A DNA stretch of 48,320 bases from Pseudomonadota bacterium (GCA_022565025.1 JADFKH010000001.1:1-48320); one strand, 5' to 3'. Counted from the stretch's first letter, positions 37,973 to 48,175 are shown. Program-made: numbers and translations. Notes: generated from the letters alone by a model not told the origin.

Positions 37973-39385
37973 TTAAAGCGCCTTCACACCGGTGATGAGT
38001 TTCTGGGCTACGTCCTGGGCGTCGCCGTAACACATGCGGGTGTTGTCCTCGAAAAACAACAGGTTTTCGATGCCTGAGAAGCCCGTACCCTGGCCGCGCT
38101 TGATCACGATCACATTGCGGGCCTTGTCTGCGTCCAGGATCGGCATGCCATAGATGGGACTTGAGGTGTCCTTGCGCGCTGCCGGATTGACTACGTCATT
38201 GGCGCCAATCACCAGGGCCACATCACAGGTTGGGAATTGGCTGTTGATGTCTTCCAGGTCGTAAATCAGGTCATAGGGCACACCGGCTTCGGCCAGCAGT
38301 ACGTTCATGTGGCCCGGCATGCGGCCGGCGACCGGGTGAATGGCGAAAAACACTTTTACGCCTTGTTGCTGCAACAGCTTGGCCAGTTCCCAGATCTTGT
38401 GCTGAGCCTGTGCCACGGCCATGCCATAGCCGGGAACGAAGATGACTTTCTCGCCATAGGCCATGGTGATCGCTGCATCGGCGGCGTCGATGCTCTTCAT
38501 GCTGCCGCTGACGGACATGGTGCTGCTGCCGTCATCGCCGGTGCCGAAGCCGGAAAACAGCACATTGCTCAGTGGACGGTTCATGGCCTTGGCCATCAGT
38601 TGGGTCAGCAGGGTGCCGGCTGAGCCCACCACGATGCCGGCGATCATCATCGCGGGATTCTGCAACACGAAGCCCTCGATGCCGACGGCCAGGCCGGTCA
38701 AGGCGTTATACAGGGAAATGACCACCGGCATGTCTGCGCCGCCAATCGGAATCGTCATCATGATTCCAATGATCAGCGCCAGGGCGAAGAATGCGTAGAG
38801 CGTGTTCGATGAGAATTCTGTTCGCGCCAACATGAAGCCAAGCACCAGCAAGCCCAGGAACAATGCAAGATTGACGAAATTCTGGGCCGGGAAACGATAG
38901 ACTTTCCGCTGCCAGCCTTGCAGCTTGGCAAAGGCGATCAAGGAGCCGGAAAAAGCGATCGTGCCAATAAGCGCACCAATGACTGCCAACTCACGCGCCG
39001 CAAAGGCCTCGTGGGTCAGGCCGGCGCCGGTATGTACCCGCAGCAGCTCCACCGCGGCGATGGCGGCGGCTGAACCGCCGCCCATGCCGTTGTACAAGGC
39101 GATCATCTGCGGCATATCGGTCATCGCGACTCTTTTGCCGGTCCACCAGGCCATGATGCCGCCGACAAAAATGGCGGTCGTCATCAGCAGGTAGTTGTGC
39201 ATGTGTGGCTCAATGAAGGTGACCAAGGTGGCGATGACCATGCCGACCCCAGCCCAGACCACGCCACCGCGCGCGGTGCGCGGATGGCTCATTTTCTTCA
39301 GCCCGGAAATGAACAAGATGGCAGCGAGGAAATAACTGGCCTGGATCAGCCAGTGCGCCAGGTCAGCATTGAACAAGCCTTCCAT
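37973..39385 (-). CDS. pntB: NAD(P) transhydrogenase subunit beta
   Basis: 470 aa with an N-terminal multi-TM domain and a C-terminal dIII NADP(H) domain (GYGMAVAQAQH, HPVAGRMPGHMNVLLAEA, GANDVVNP). Confidence 0.93.
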   Translation of the reverse strand: MEGLFNADLAHWLIQASYFLAAILFISGLKKMSHPRTARGGVVWAGVGMVIATLVTFIEPHMHNYLLMTTAIFVGGIMAWWTGKRVAMTDMPQMIALYNGMGGGSAAAIAAVELLRVHTGAGLTHEAFAARELAVIGALIGTIAFSGSLIAFAKLQGWQRKVYRFPAQNFVNLALFLGLLVLGFMLARTEFSSNTLYAFFALALIIGIMMTIPIGGADMPVVISLYNALTGLAVGIEGFVLQNPAMMIAGIVVGSAGTLLTQLMAKAMNRPLSNVLFSGFGTGDDGSSTMSVSGSMKSIDAADAAITMAYGEKVIFVPGYGMAVAQAQHKIWELAKLLQQQGVKVFFAIHPVAGRMPGHMNVLLAEAGVPYDLIYDLEDINSQFPTCDVALVIGANDVVNPAARKDTSSPIYGMPILDADKARNVIVIKRGQGTGFSGIENLLFFEDNTRMCYGDAQDVAQKLITGVKAL

Positions 39386-39672
39386 CAGCGGTCCTCCTTG
39401 CTCGATTTGAACATTTCAAGCATGCGCTCGGTAACGACATAACCACCGACCGCGTTGCCGGCACCGAGCAATACCGCGATGAAACCGATGATCTGTTCAG
39501 CGGCAGTTGTGGCATTTCCCAAGGCAACCATTGCACCGACGAGTACGATGCCGTGAACGAAGTTCGAACCCGACATCAGTGGTGTGTGCAGGATGGTGGG
39601 TACTTTCGAAATGACTTCATAGCCGGTAAAAGCCGCCAACATGAAAATATACAGGGCAATAAAACCTTCCAT
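39385..39672 (-). CDS. pntAB: NAD(P) transhydrogenase subunit alpha part 2 (membrane dII piece)
   Basis: 95 aa with three hydrophobic helices (TPLMSGSNFVHGIV). Its stop overlaps the pntB start by 1 nt (TGATG). Confidence 0.88.
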   Translation of the reverse strand: MEGFIALYIFMLAAFTGYEVISKVPTILHTPLMSGSNFVHGIVLVGAMVALGNATTAAEQIIGFIAVLLGAGNAVGGYVVTERMLEMFKSSKEDR

Positions 39673-39688
39673 TTTGAGGTTCCTTATC

Positions 39689-39708
39689 TAGTGTAGTGTC
39701 CTACACTA
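39689..39708 (-). other. Intercistronic hairpin between pntAA and pntAB (8-bp stem, 4-nt loop)
   Basis: tagtgtag-tgtc-ctacacta is a perfect inverted repeat in the 39-nt gap between the two cistrons. Confidence 0.4.
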
Positions 39709-39711
39709 TGG

Positions 39712-40851
39712 TTAACTGCCGCCCAGCAGCTTGGCCGTTTGCTCGTGAACCAAGGCGCCTTCGTGTGTCAACAGGCAACCGTCCACGACCTCGTCTTCGC
39801 GGTTTATCTTGAGCTGATCCTCCTCGACCATCAGTTCGAGCAGGTTCAACAGGTTCTTGGCAAACATTTCGCTGGCGTGGATCGCTGCCTGGCTGGCCAG
39901 ATTCAACGGACCGTCAACAATGACTCCATTGTGCCGGATGGTCGATCCCGGTTCAGTCAGTTCACAGTTGCCACCGGATTCGGCGGACAGATCCACGATG
40001 ACCGATCCCGGACTCATGCCTTCGACCATCTGCTTGGAGATGATCCGCGGCGCCGGCCGGCCCGGAATGGAGGCGGTTGAAATGACTGCATCAGACTTGG
40101 CCAGGTGTTCAGCCAGCTTGTCGGCCTGGCGCTGTTTTTCTTCATCGGTCAGTTCACGCGCATAGCCGCCTTCCGCTTCGGCGTCGACGCCGGTGTCGAT
40201 CATTTTCGCCCCCAATGACTCGACCTGCTCCCTGGCCGCAGCACGGATGTCATAGGCCTCGACACGCGCACCCAGACGCCTGGCAGTTGCAATGGCCTGC
40301 AGGCCAGCAACGCCGGCGCCGATGATCATCACGCTCGAGGGCCTCAATGTGCCGGCCGCTGTCGTCAGCATGGGAAACAGTCTCGGCGACAGGCTTGCAG
40401 CCCTCAGCACGGCCTTATAACCGGCTACTGTTGCCTGGGACGAGAGCACGTCCATGCCCTGGGCGCGGGAAATGCGCGGAACCAGTTCCATGGCGCAGCA
40501 ACTGATGTTGCGCGAATTGAGGGCTTCTATGATGCCCGGATTGCGGTGAGGAAACACCAGCCCCAACGCCAGGGCCCCTTCCTTGAGGGCAGTGAGCGTC
40601 TGCACACCAGGGGCCTGGATCCAGAGCAGAATATCTGCCTGGTGAAGAATTTCTTCTTCGTTGGCAATGATTTCAGCTTCACTGTATTGCTCATCCAAAA
40701 AGCCGGCAGCGTCACCTGCGCCCTGTTGTACCAGGACCCGGAAGCCTTTGGCGGCAATGCGTTTGACACTGGCGGGATCCAGTGCCACGCGGCGCTCACC
40801 CTCTGCCTGTTCTTTGAGCACAGCCACGGCCAGTGAATTACTCTGGGGCAT
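39712..40851 (-). CDS. pntAA: NAD(P) transhydrogenase subunit alpha part 1 (soluble dI, alanine-dehydrogenase-like)
   Basis: 379 aa. Rossmann motif VMIIGAGVAGLQAIATA. The three-gene split pnt architecture is as in Rhodospirillum-type enzymes. Confidence 0.9.
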   Translation of the reverse strand: MPQSNSLAVAVLKEQAEGERRVALDPASVKRIAAKGFRVLVQQGAGDAAGFLDEQYSEAEIIANEEEILHQADILLWIQAPGVQTLTALKEGALALGLVFPHRNPGIIEALNSRNISCCAMELVPRISRAQGMDVLSSQATVAGYKAVLRAASLSPRLFPMLTTAAGTLRPSSVMIIGAGVAGLQAIATARRLGARVEAYDIRAAAREQVESLGAKMIDTGVDAEAEGGYARELTDEEKQRQADKLAEHLAKSDAVISTASIPGRPAPRIISKQMVEGMSPGSVIVDLSAESGGNCELTEPGSTIRHNGVIVDGPLNLASQAAIHASEMFAKNLLNLLELMVEEDQLKINREDEVVDGCLLTHEGALVHEQTAKLLGGS

Positions 40852-40927
40852 GTGTTGGTCTCCATTACTCAGGAATAAAAAACCAGCCTATCTTGAGCGG
40901 GTTGCATAAAAAGAATCAAGCTCGATT

Positions 40928-41587
40928 CTAGCCTATATTGACCCGTACAGCTTCGAGCCTTTCCAAAGTGCCGATATCCTCCCAGCCACCCTTGTATGTT
41001 TCCCCGGTAACGAGGTGGTTTTCCATCGTTGAGCGCAGTAACGGGACGACCGAAAACTTGCCGGGCGTGCAGTCGTCGAACAGCCGGGGGTGATAAACAC
41101 CAATGCCGCTGAAGGTCAGCTTGTCTCCGCCCTCAATCCTGATTCTCGCGTTGAGCAGCGCAAAATCACCCCTGAGGTTGTGCGGCGGGTTGGGAATCAT
41201 TACCAGGTGAGCCCAGTCACACTTGATGGAGCGCAGGTGCGAGTAGGGGTAGTCCGTCCAGATATCGCCGTTTACCACCAGGAACGGCAATGAGCCGAGC
41301 AAGGGCAGGGCTTGCAGGATTCCACCTCCGGTCTCCAGGGCTTCGGGCTGCTCGTTCGACCAGTGGATGGTGATGTCCCAGCGCCCGCCATCACCCATTG
41401 CCGTGCGCAGCATGTTGCCGAGATGGCCCTGGTTAATGACAATTTCTCTGAAACCCGCCTCTGCCAGTGCCTGTAGGTGATGCTCGATCAGTGGTTTTCC
41501 ACCGACCTCCACCAGGGGTTTTGGTATGGAGTCGGTCAGGGGACGCAGGCGCTCCCCGCGGCCCGCTGCCAGGATCATGGCGCGCAT
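40928..41587 (-). CDS. murU: N-acetylmuramate alpha-1-phosphate uridylyltransferase (MurU-type nucleotidyltransferase)
   Basis: MRAMILAAGRGERLRPLTDSIPKPLV nucleotidyl-transferase N-terminus. 219 aa. It overlaps and follows the amgK-like kinase, as in Pseudomonas. Confidence 0.75.
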   Translation of the reverse strand: MRAMILAAGRGERLRPLTDSIPKPLVEVGGKPLIEHHLQALAEAGFREIVINQGHLGNMLRTAMGDGGRWDITIHWSNEQPEALETGGGILQALPLLGSLPFLVVNGDIWTDYPYSHLRSIKCDWAHLVMIPNPPHNLRGDFALLNARIRIEGGDKLTFSGIGVYHPRLFDDCTPGKFSVVPLLRSTMENHLVTGETYKGGWEDIGTLERLEAVRVNIG

Positions 41588-42588
41588 TCGATTTGCTCCA
41601 GTAATTGAAGAAATTCATTAAATTCAGGGTAGCGAGGTAAAACATCGAGCAGGTAGCCATAGAAACGTGGAATCAGGTCAAGGTAGCCGTTTTTGCCGTC
41701 GCGGTATTTCAGACGCGCGAATATGCCCACAATTTTCAGGTTTCTTTGCACACCCATCAGATCACACCATCGAATCCAGGTTTCCAGGTCACAATCCGGT
41801 TCCAGTTGGCAATGGAAATCCTTCATCCAGGATTCCAGGCGCTCCCTGGGCCAGGCGATGTAGCGGTCCCAGAGCAGTGAAACGAAGTCATAACTCAGCG
41901 GCCCCGACACAGCATCCTGGAAGTCTATAATTCCAGGCTCCCCTGAATGGGTTTGCAGAATATTGCAGGAATGAAAATCCCGGTGCACGAATACCCGTGG
42001 TTGCTCACAGGCGGAGCGGATCAGCCTGGTGCAAACCCCGTTCCACTCGAACCGCTCTGCGGCGGTAAACGGGCGCTTCTTGTGCACTTGCAGGTACCAG
42101 TTCGCAAACAACTCCATTTCCTGTTGCAGCAACAGTGCGTCGTAGCAGGGAAGGTTGCTGGTATCGACTTTCCGGGCCATTTTTTCGAGCACGCTGAACA
42201 AAGGTGGGAACAGTTCGTTTACGGACTGTTCATCGAGAATATCACGGTATAGCGTGTCGCCGAAGTCTTCGAGTAGTCCGAAACCCAAGTCAAGATCAAA
42301 ATGAAGGATCTCAGGGGCATTCAGCCCGGCTTCGCGTAATCGCCGGTCAATATCGACATACGGAGCGGACGTCTCCTTGTCCGGCGGCGCGTCCATGAGG
42401 ATGACGCATCGATCACCCGTGCTGAACCGGAAGTAGCGCCGGAAGCTGGCGTCACGAGATACGGGTTCCAGCTTGACCTGGTCGAGACCCAGGGTATCGG
42501 CTGCCCAGGTGGCGGCCCTGCGCATCCTTGGGTCGTTTTGTTGGTCCGAACCCCCGGCTTGTTTACTCATGGAGATATTTTGCCGCAT
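41575..42588 (-). CDS. amgK: Anomeric MurNAc/GlcNAc kinase (AmgK-type aminoglycoside-phosphotransferase-fold kinase)
   Basis: APH-fold motifs DASFRRYFR, VFVHRDFHSCNIL and IIDFQDA. Paired with murU. ATG 42588 is preceded by GGAGGA. Confidence 0.72.
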   Translation of the reverse strand: MRQNISMSKQAGGSDQQNDPRMRRAATWAADTLGLDQVKLEPVSRDASFRRYFRFSTGDRCVILMDAPPDKETSAPYVDIDRRLREAGLNAPEILHFDLDLGFGLLEDFGDTLYRDILDEQSVNELFPPLFSVLEKMARKVDTSNLPCYDALLLQQEMELFANWYLQVHKKRPFTAAERFEWNGVCTRLIRSACEQPRVFVHRDFHSCNILQTHSGEPGIIDFQDAVSGPLSYDFVSLLWDRYIAWPRERLESWMKDFHCQLEPDCDLETWIRWCDLMGVQRNLKIVGIFARLKYRDGKNGYLDLIPRFYGYLLDVLPRYPEFNEFLQLLEQIECAP

Positions 42589-42632
42589 TTTCCTCCGGGT
42601 TTGTATTCAATTTATACCCCGAATTTAATAGC

Positions 42633-42663
42633 TTGAGTTTAAATAGTACTAATATGGTACAAT
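42633..42663 (+). promoter_or_regulatory. Putative sigma-70 promoter for the Rrf2-suf operon (extended -10)
   Basis: TGGTACAAT (TGn + TACAAT, 42655-42663) with TTGAGT 19 nt upstream, in the AT-rich divergent region between amgK and the Rrf2 gene. This is sequence inspection only. Confidence 0.3.
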
Positions 42664-42747
42664 ATGGTTTTTAAGCCCTGCTCACTGCTCATCAGTTCTT
42701 CAAGGCAATATCGCCTGGCAGGAGTAATAGCTGTTGCAGAGATAAGA

Positions 42748-43194
42748 ATGCTCAGAATTTCAAAATTGACCGACTACGCCATCGTGATGATGGTTGAACT
42801 TGCCCGGGATGGAGAAATGCTGAGTGCGCACGTCCTGGCTGAGCGGTTGCGCATAGAAACACCCACCGCCAGCAAGTTGCTGAAATTACTGTCAGGCTCA
42901 GGGTTGCTTGAATCTTATCGGGGCGCCAGTGGCGGCTACCGTGTCAGCCGCGCAGCAGGTGACATCAGCGTGGCTGAAGTGATTGCGGCCATCGAAGGCC
43001 CGATTGCCATGACCGAATGCAGTGTCCATAAGGGCCTGTGCAGCTACGAAGACAACTGCGGGCTGAGGGCGAACTGGCAACGCATCAGTGCGGCTGTGGC
43101 CCGCGCGCTGCAGCAAGTCAGCCTGGCGGAAATGTCAGCGCCGATGAAAATTAGCCGTATTCCACTGAACATTACAACCTTGAATGCATGGTGA
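42748..43194 (+). CDS. Rrf2-family Fe-S-binding transcriptional regulator (SUF regulator, IscR-like)
   Basis: Start set at ATG 42748 ([19 protein letters not shown], the Rrf2 wHTH). There are three clustered cysteines ([17 protein letters not shown]). It lies directly upstream of sufB. Confidence 0.85.
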   Translation: MLRISKLTDYAIVMMVELARDGEMLSAHVLAERLRIETPTASKLLKLLSGSGLLESYRGASGGYRVSRAAGDISVAEVIAAIEGPIAMTECSVHKGLCSYEDNCGLRANWQRISAAVARALQQVSLAEMSAPMKISRIPLNITTLNAW

Positions 43195-43216
43195 ACTGAA
43201 GGAAGTATATAAGCCA

Positions 43217-44698
43217 ATGAGTAGTGAACCGACCCAGGTAGATTCCACATCCGCCAATCCCTCATCTGTTGATCATTTCGTTCAGCAGCAGTACCGGTAT
43301 GGTTTTGTCACCGACATCGAGTCGGAGACCGTGCCGCCTGGCCTGGACGAGGACGTTATCCGCTGGATTTCGGCGCGCAAGGAAGAGCCGCAGTGGTTAC
43401 TGGATTGGCGGCTGGAGGCTTATCACCACTGGCTGAAAATGTCACCGCCGGATTGGGCCCATCTGAAGATCAAACCCATCGACTTCCAGGCCATTTCCTA
43501 TTTCTCAGCACCCAAATCTGACAAGGACCGCCCCAAGAGCCTGGATGAAGTTGATCCGAAATTGCTGGAAACCTATGAAAAACTCGGTGTTCCCCTGCAT
43601 GAGCGGGCCCGGCTGGCCGGCGTCGTGGCCGTGGATGTTGTGTTCGACTCGGTTTCACTCGGCACCACATTTCGCGAGGAATTGAAGAAAGCTGGAGTAA
43701 TTTTCTGTTCATTCTCCGAAGCGGTGCATGATTATCCTGACCTGGTAAAGCAATATCTAGGCACCGTGGTTCCTTCACGCGACAATTTTTTTGCAGCCCT
43801 CAATTCCGCCGTATTCTCCGACGGGAGTTTCGTATTCATTCCCAAAGGCGTGCGTTGCCCGATGGAATTGAGCACTTATTTCCGCATTAATGCGGCCGAT
43901 ACCGGCCAGTTCGAGCGCACGTTGATCATTGCCGAAGAACGCTCTCATGTCAGTTATCTGGAAGGCTGCACGGCGCCGATGCGGGATCAAAACCAGTTGC
44001 ATGCCGCGGTGGTGGAATTGGTGGCCATGGACGATGCGAATATCAAGTATTCAACCGTGCAGAACTGGTACCCGGGCGACGAAAACGGTGTGGGTGGCAT
44101 CTACAATTTCGTCACCAAGCGTGGCGACTGCCGTGGTGACCGATCCAGGATTTCCTGGACCCAGGTCGAGACCGGCTCCGCGATCACCTGGAAATACCCG
44201 TCCTGCATATTGCGCGGCGATAGTTCCGTGGGCGAGTTCTACTCGGTGGCACTGACCAACAATTACCAACAGGCGGATACCGGCACCAAGATGATTCATA
44301 TCGGCCGCAATACGCGCAGCAAGATCATTGCCAAGGGTATATCGGCCGGTCACGGGCAGAACGCGTACCGGGGCCTGGTACGAATTACCAAGAATGCGGA
44401 AAACGCCCGTAATTACACCCAGTGTGACTCGATGCTGATCGGGAAGAACTGCGGCGCACACACATTTCCCTACATCGAGGTCAGCAATCCCAGCGCGAAA
44501 GTGGAACACGAAGCGACCACTTCCCGGATCGGTGAAGACCAGTTGTTCTATTGCCTGCAACGCGGCATTAGCGAGGAAGACGCGGTGTCGATGATTGTCG
44601 ATGGATTCTGCAAACAGGTATTCCGGGAGTTACCGATGGAATTTGCGGTGGAGGCCAAGGCCCTGCTGGAAGTCAGCCTGGAAGGCGCCGTGGGTTGA
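43217..44698 (+). CDS. sufB: Fe-S cluster assembly scaffold SufB
   Basis: Start at ATG 43217 after GAAGGAAG. Conserved blocks: [42 protein letters not shown]. Confidence 0.93.
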   Translation: MSSEPTQVDSTSANPSSVDHFVQQQYRYGFVTDIESETVPPGLDEDVIRWISARKEEPQWLLDWRLEAYHHWLKMSPPDWAHLKIKPIDFQAISYFSAPKSDKDRPKSLDEVDPKLLETYEKLGVPLHERARLAGVVAVDVVFDSVSLGTTFREELKKAGVIFCSFSEAVHDYPDLVKQYLGTVVPSRDNFFAALNSAVFSDGSFVFIPKGVRCPMELSTYFRINAADTGQFERTLIIAEERSHVSYLEGCTAPMRDQNQLHAAVVELVAMDDANIKYSTVQNWYPGDENGVGGIYNFVTKRGDCRGDRSRISWTQVETGSAITWKYPSCILRGDSSVGEFYSVALTNNYQQADTGTKMIHIGRNTRSKIIAKGISAGHGQNAYRGLVRITKNAENARNYTQCDSMLIGKNCGAHTFPYIEVSNPSAKVEHEATTSRIGEDQLFYCLQRGISEEDAVSMIVDGFCKQVFRELPMEFAVEAKALLEVSLEGAVG

Positions 44699-44719
44699 TT
44701 TTTAAGGGTATCTTCTTAA

Positions 44720-45511
44720 ATGAGTACTAGAAACATGCTGGAAATCAAGAATCTTCACGTCACCGTGGGTGGTAAGGCCATCCTGAAGGGCCTGGATTTC
44801 AGCATCGAAGCTGGCCAGGTCCATGCCATCATGGGCCCCAACGGCTCCGGAAAAAGCACGCTGGGTAACGTCATTGCCGGCCGCGAGGGTTATGAGGTAA
44901 CGCAAGGTGAAGTGCTTTACAAGGGCAAGAACCTGCTCGAACTGGCGCCGGAAGTAAGAGCCTGTGAAGGCATATTCATGGCATTCCAGTATCCGGTGGA
45001 AATTCCGGGTGTGAACAACACCTATTTCCTGCGTGCCGCCCTCAATGCCCAGCGCAAATACCGTGGGGAGCCGGAGCTGGACTCCATGGAGTTCCTGAAG
45101 TTGGTGCGCGAGAAGCTCAAGATTTTGCATATCAACGATGATCTGTTGCACCGGGCGGTCAACGAGGGTTTTTCCGGTGGTGAGAAGAAGCGCAACGAGA
45201 TATTCCAAATGGCTGTGCTGGAGCCGGTCCTGGCGATCCTGGATGAAACCGACTCCGGGCTCGACATCGACGCATTGCGCTTGGTGGCGGAGGGCGTGAA
45301 CCGTTTGCGCAGTGATGACCGGGCCATGATCGTGATCACCCACTACCAGCGTCTGCTGGACCATATTGTACCCGACAAGGTCCATGTGCTGGCGGATGGG
45401 AAGATCGTCGCCAGGGGCGGCGCGGAACTTGCGCTCAAGCTGGAAGAGCAAGGTTATACCTGGCTTGAGCAAGGCGGCATCCAGTCGCTTGGAGCCGAAC
45501 TGCGGGCGTGA
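44720..45511 (+). CDS. sufC: Fe-S cluster assembly ATPase SufC
   Basis: MLEIKNLHV, Walker A GPNGSGKST, NEGFSGGEKKRNEI and ILDETDSGLDIDAL. Confidence 0.95.
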   Translation: MSTRNMLEIKNLHVTVGGKAILKGLDFSIEAGQVHAIMGPNGSGKSTLGNVIAGREGYEVTQGEVLYKGKNLLELAPEVRACEGIFMAFQYPVEIPGVNNTYFLRAALNAQRKYRGEPELDSMEFLKLVREKLKILHINDDLLHRAVNEGFSGGEKKRNEIFQMAVLEPVLAILDETDSGLDIDALRLVAEGVNRLRSDDRAMIVITHYQRLLDHIVPDKVHVLADGKIVARGGAELALKLEEQGYTWLEQGGIQSLGAELRA

Positions 45512-45524
45512 CCGGAGCAAGCAA

Positions 45525-46883
45525 ATGAGTGCTCTGGCACAACAATGGGGCGAATCTCTCCGCTCTGCCACTCCAGCTCAAGGCCCGCGGTGGCTCGATG
45601 AACTCCGGCTTCGCGCATCGGATCAATTGACCGCGCACGGCCTGCCCCAGCGCAAGGATGAGGACTGGAAGTACACGCCCATGCGGGTACTCGAAAAACT
45701 CAATCCGGCAATCGCCTACCACCCGGGGTCAGAGAACCATTTCCTGGAGAAAGGCCAGACTACAGAGAGAGGCCTTAACGGGAAATGGTTCTCTGACCCC
45801 ATATTTCCGGCTGCCCTGCTCGATAAGCCCGACTACGAGATCCGGGTATACGATGGGGTGCTGGTGGGGCACGAGGGCAGCGACCGGCCGGGGGTGACCG
45901 TTCTTTCGCTCACCGAAGGCCTGCAACGATACGAATCCTTGCTGCGAAAACACATCGAGTCGGTCGATATCAGCGGATCCGCGCAGGCTTTCACCGCGCT
46001 CAATACTGCTACGCTGAACCAGGGCCTGGTGATTCACATTGACCAACAGGTGGATGCCGGCACGATGCTGTTGCGCTGGGCACTGTCCGGCAAAGCGGGG
46101 CCGTCGATCCACAACTTCCGTGTTTTCCTGTTGCTGGGCGAAGGCACCCGACTGCAGCTGATAGAACAGTTCGAGAGTGCGGATCACAGCGGCAGCGCCC
46201 TGAACGTGGTGGTACACGTGGAGTTGGGCTCGAATGCAGTATTGGATCATTTGCGCTTGCAAAACGAGTCGGAAAACACGGTCCTGATGAGTTCTACCCG
46301 TATTGATCAGGCTCAAGGCAGCCGTTACCTCTATGCGGGGTTCGATCTGGGTGGCGGATTGGTCAGGCACGAATTGAAAACGGTGTTTGGTGGAAGCGGC
46401 GCTCACGCAACATTCCTGGGAGCCTTCGTGCTCGACAATGCACGGCACGTGGATAATCACATCAGTGTTGATCACGCCAGCCCCGGTTGCAGCAGCGAAC
46501 AGTTTTTTCGGGGCGTCCTCGGTGGCCGCAGCCGTGGCGTGTTCAATGGCAAGGCACTGATCCGGCCCGGAGCTGACGAATCCAGTGTCCGCCAATCCAG
46601 CGCCAACCTGTTGTTGTCACCCCTGGCACAGATAGATACCAAGCCTGAGCTGGAAATTTATGCGGATGAAGTCGAAGCCCGTCATGGCGCCACGGTTGGT
46701 CAATTGGATGAAGCCGCCATTTTTTACATGCGTTCCCGTGGACTGGGCGAAGCCGAGGCGAAACGCCTGCTGGTAGCTGCATTCTGCCGGGCGGTGACTG
46801 ACAGGCTGGAAAACCAGGCGCTGGCCGGGCGTATTTCCCAGCTGATCGACCAGGCGATGCCGTCGTTTACCCAAGAGAATTGA
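45525..46883 (+). CDS. sufD: Fe-S cluster assembly protein SufD, carrying a 26-codon in-frame repeat-element insertion
   Basis: Start at ATG 45525 (GGAG upstream, 14 nt after the sufC stop). WKYTP near the N-terminus and C-terminal TKPELEIYADEVEARHGATVGQLDEAAIFYMRSRG. It is 452 aa against ~423-426 for typical SufD. Confidence 0.9.
   Translation: MSALAQQWGESLRSATPAQGPRWLDELRLRASDQLTAHGLPQRKDEDWKYTPMRVLEKLNPAIAYHPGSENHFLEKGQTTERGLNGKWFSDPIFPAALLDKPDYEIRVYDGVLVGHEGSDRPGVTVLSLTEGLQRYESLLRKHIESVDISGSAQAFTALNTATLNQGLVIHIDQQVDAGTMLLRWALSGKAGPSIHNFRVFLLLGEGTRLQLIEQFESADHSGSALNVVVHVELGSNAVLDHLRLQNESENTVLMSSTRIDQAQGSRYLYAGFDLGGGLVRHELKTVFGGSGAHATFLGAFVLDNARHVDNHISVDHASPGCSSEQFFRGVLGGRSRGVFNGKALIRPGADESSVRQSSANLLLSPLAQIDTKPELEIYADEVEARHGATVGQLDEAAIFYMRSRGLGEAEAKRLLVAAFCRAVTDRLENQALAGRISQLIDQAMPSFTQEN
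45724..45801. repeat. 78-bp palindromic (MITE/REP-like) element, copy 1, inside sufD
   Basis: Arms ggggtcagagaaccatttcctg (45725-45746) and cgggaaatggttctctgacccc (45779-45800) pair over 22 positions with one T-G. The inner loop holds a second small stem, aaggcc/ggcctt. Confidence 0.85.
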
Positions 46884-46889
46884 AACTTG

Positions 46890-48173
46890 ATGATTGAAAT
46901 GGACACCGCCGCATCCACCCTTGATGGAACTACCGTTGCCGAACCGGCCGGCCATCCCCTGGATGTGGAAAAGGTCCGTGGGGATTTCCCCATACTGACC
47001 CGGCAGGTGCATGGCAAGCCCCTGGTGTATCTCGATACCGCTGCATCAGCCCAAAGACCGCTCGCCGTGATCGAGGCGACGGACCGCTTTTACCGCATGC
47101 ACAACGCCAATGTTCATCGTGGCGTACATCAGCTAGGCCAGGAGGCGACCGATCTTTACGAGGCAGCACGCCGCGGCCTGGCCCGGTTCATCAATGCCTC
47201 CTCGGAACGGGAAGTGATTTTCACCCGCGGGACTACCGAATCGATCAACCTTGTGGCCCAGAGTTTTCTGCGGCCCAGGGTAGGCCCGGGGGATGAGATC
47301 CTGATCACCCACATGGAGCACCATTCCAACATCGTTCCCTGGCAGATACTGTGTGAACAGACCGGCGCCAGCCTGAAAGTCGTGCCGATCAATCAGCGCG
47401 GTGAACTGGAATTGGACGCCCTGGAAAATATGCTGTCCGAAAGTGTGAAATTGCTGGGTGTCGTGCACATTTCAAATGCTCTGGGTACAGTGAACCCGAT
47501 TGAAGAAGTCGTTCGAATGGCGAAGCGTTATGACATTCCGGTGCTCATCGATGGGGCACAGGCGATGCCCCACCTGCAGGTTGATGTGCAGGCGCTGAGC
47601 TGCGATTTCTATTGCCTGTCCGGCCACAAAATGTACGGTCCCACCGGGATCGGTGCGCTGTGGGCACGCGAGGAGATCCTGGAGGACATGCCGCCCTGGC
47701 AGGGGGGTGGTGAAATGATCACCAAGGTGACCTTCGAAGAGACCACCTACAACGAACTGCCGGCCAAGTTCGAAGCCGGCACACCGAACATTGCCGGCGC
47801 TGTCGGCCTGGGGGCCGCGGTGGAGTACTTGTCCGGGCTTGGAATGGGCGCCATATCGGCCCATGAGAGCCGGGTACTGGAAACGGCTACCGATAAACTG
47901 TCCGCGATTGAGGGGCTGCGCATTATCGGTACCGCGCGTCACAAGGCCTGCGTCATCAGCTTCATCCTGGGTGACATTCACCCCCACGACCTGGGTACGG
48001 TGATCGACCATTACGGCGTGGCTTTGCGTACCGGTCATCATTGTGCTATGCCGGTGATGCAGTTTTTCAATGTTCCGGCAACCGCCCGGGTTTCCTTCGG
48101 CCTTTACAACACGCTGGAGGAAGTAGATATCCTCATCGACGCGCTGGAACAATCCCGCAAAATGTTCAATTAG
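46890..48173 (+). CDS. sufS: Cysteine desulfurase SufS (class II aminotransferase V)
   Basis: FPIL...VYLDTAASAQ, HRGVHQL, SGHKMYGPTGIG (PLP lysine) and RTGHHCAMP (active-site Cys loop). TTG 46887 or ATG 46890 start. Confidence 0.93.
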   Translation: MIEMDTAASTLDGTTVAEPAGHPLDVEKVRGDFPILTRQVHGKPLVYLDTAASAQRPLAVIEATDRFYRMHNANVHRGVHQLGQEATDLYEAARRGLARFINASSEREVIFTRGTTESINLVAQSFLRPRVGPGDEILITHMEHHSNIVPWQILCEQTGASLKVVPINQRGELELDALENMLSESVKLLGVVHISNALGTVNPIEEVVRMAKRYDIPVLIDGAQAMPHLQVDVQALSCDFYCLSGHKMYGPTGIGALWAREEILEDMPPWQGGGEMITKVTFEETTYNELPAKFEAGTPNIAGAVGLGAAVEYLSGLGMGAISAHESRVLETATDKLSAIEGLRIIGTARHKACVISFILGDIHPHDLGTVIDHYGVALRTGHHCAMPVMQFFNVPATARVSFGLYNTLEEVDILIDALEQSRKMFN

Positions 48174-48175
48174 GC

